This document shows, piece by piece, positions 31,923 to 32,000 of a stretch of DNA of 32,000 bases (position 1 is its first letter; every line of letters begins with the position of its first letter). The DNA is from Candidatus Saccharimonadota bacterium (GTDB taxonomy: Bacteria > Patescibacteriota > Patescibacteriia > 2-12-FULL-60-25), in NCBI GenBank assembly GCA_022843095.1, contig JALHOH010000002.1, forward strand, positions 60,001 to 92,000, written 5' to 3'. Under the pieces are notes generated by a model. That model made no database searches, had not been told where the DNA came from, and saw only the letters and a program-made list of their open reading frames with translations. A program made the position numbers and the translations under genes.

Positions 31923-32000
31923 CCAAAAATAGGGTAGATTTCATCAACTATGCCTTACGAACGCCGTGAAACGAATGTGTGGTCCAGCCGTGGTGGGAAG

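Noticed and set aside
1-32000. A search for CRISPR arrays, rRNA, IS elements with terminal inverted repeats, and integrase or transposase genes.
   Set aside because: I saw no regularly spaced 25-40-nt repeats, no rRNA-like conserved blocks, and no ORF with recombinase (RHRY, serine-recombinase or DDE) signatures.

Overview
The window is a moderately GC-rich bacterial chromosomal segment. All calls rest on by-eye motif recognition of the supplied and manually translated ORFs; no searches were run.

Layout, left to right:
- 1-3117: a copper module on the minus strand (CsoR-type repressor plus an edge-truncated multicopper oxidase, with a resolvable promoter and operator), a beta-barrel porin-like gene, and tRNA-Lys(UUU) followed by a duplicated copy of its 3' end.
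- 3265-7759: an envelope and glycosyltransferase cluster (GT4, a translin-like protein, GT2, murD, GT26 TagA/WecG).
- 7767-19741: housekeeping genes (gltX, M23 peptidase, dus, uvrB, dnaG-rpoD) interspersed with orphan genes.
- 19846-19920: tRNA-Asn(GUU).
- About 19921-26480: a roughly 6.5 kb accessory module, described below.
- 26663-31908: small accessory genes (RibD_C, two DUF1801, class I MTase, tandem PhnB-like, SRPBCC) interleaved with a PNP-family gene and gpmA.

The accessory module is the most interesting part. It has two divergent operons:
- Plus strand: a 1041-aa SNF2-type ATPase fused to a class I SAM methyltransferase that lacks DNA-MTase catalytic motifs, followed by a divergent AAG/Mpg-like DNA glycosylase.
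- Minus strand: a 131-aa HTH-like protein translationally coupled to a 565-aa orphan protein carrying a PD...ExK-like motif.

I recognise no integrase or transposase in the module. Clustered TATCAG-type direct repeats sit at the tRNA-proximal end. I interpret the module as a candidate undescribed DNA-targeting, defence-like or mobile system. This is inference only.

I saw no CRISPR array, no rRNA and no obvious IS element.
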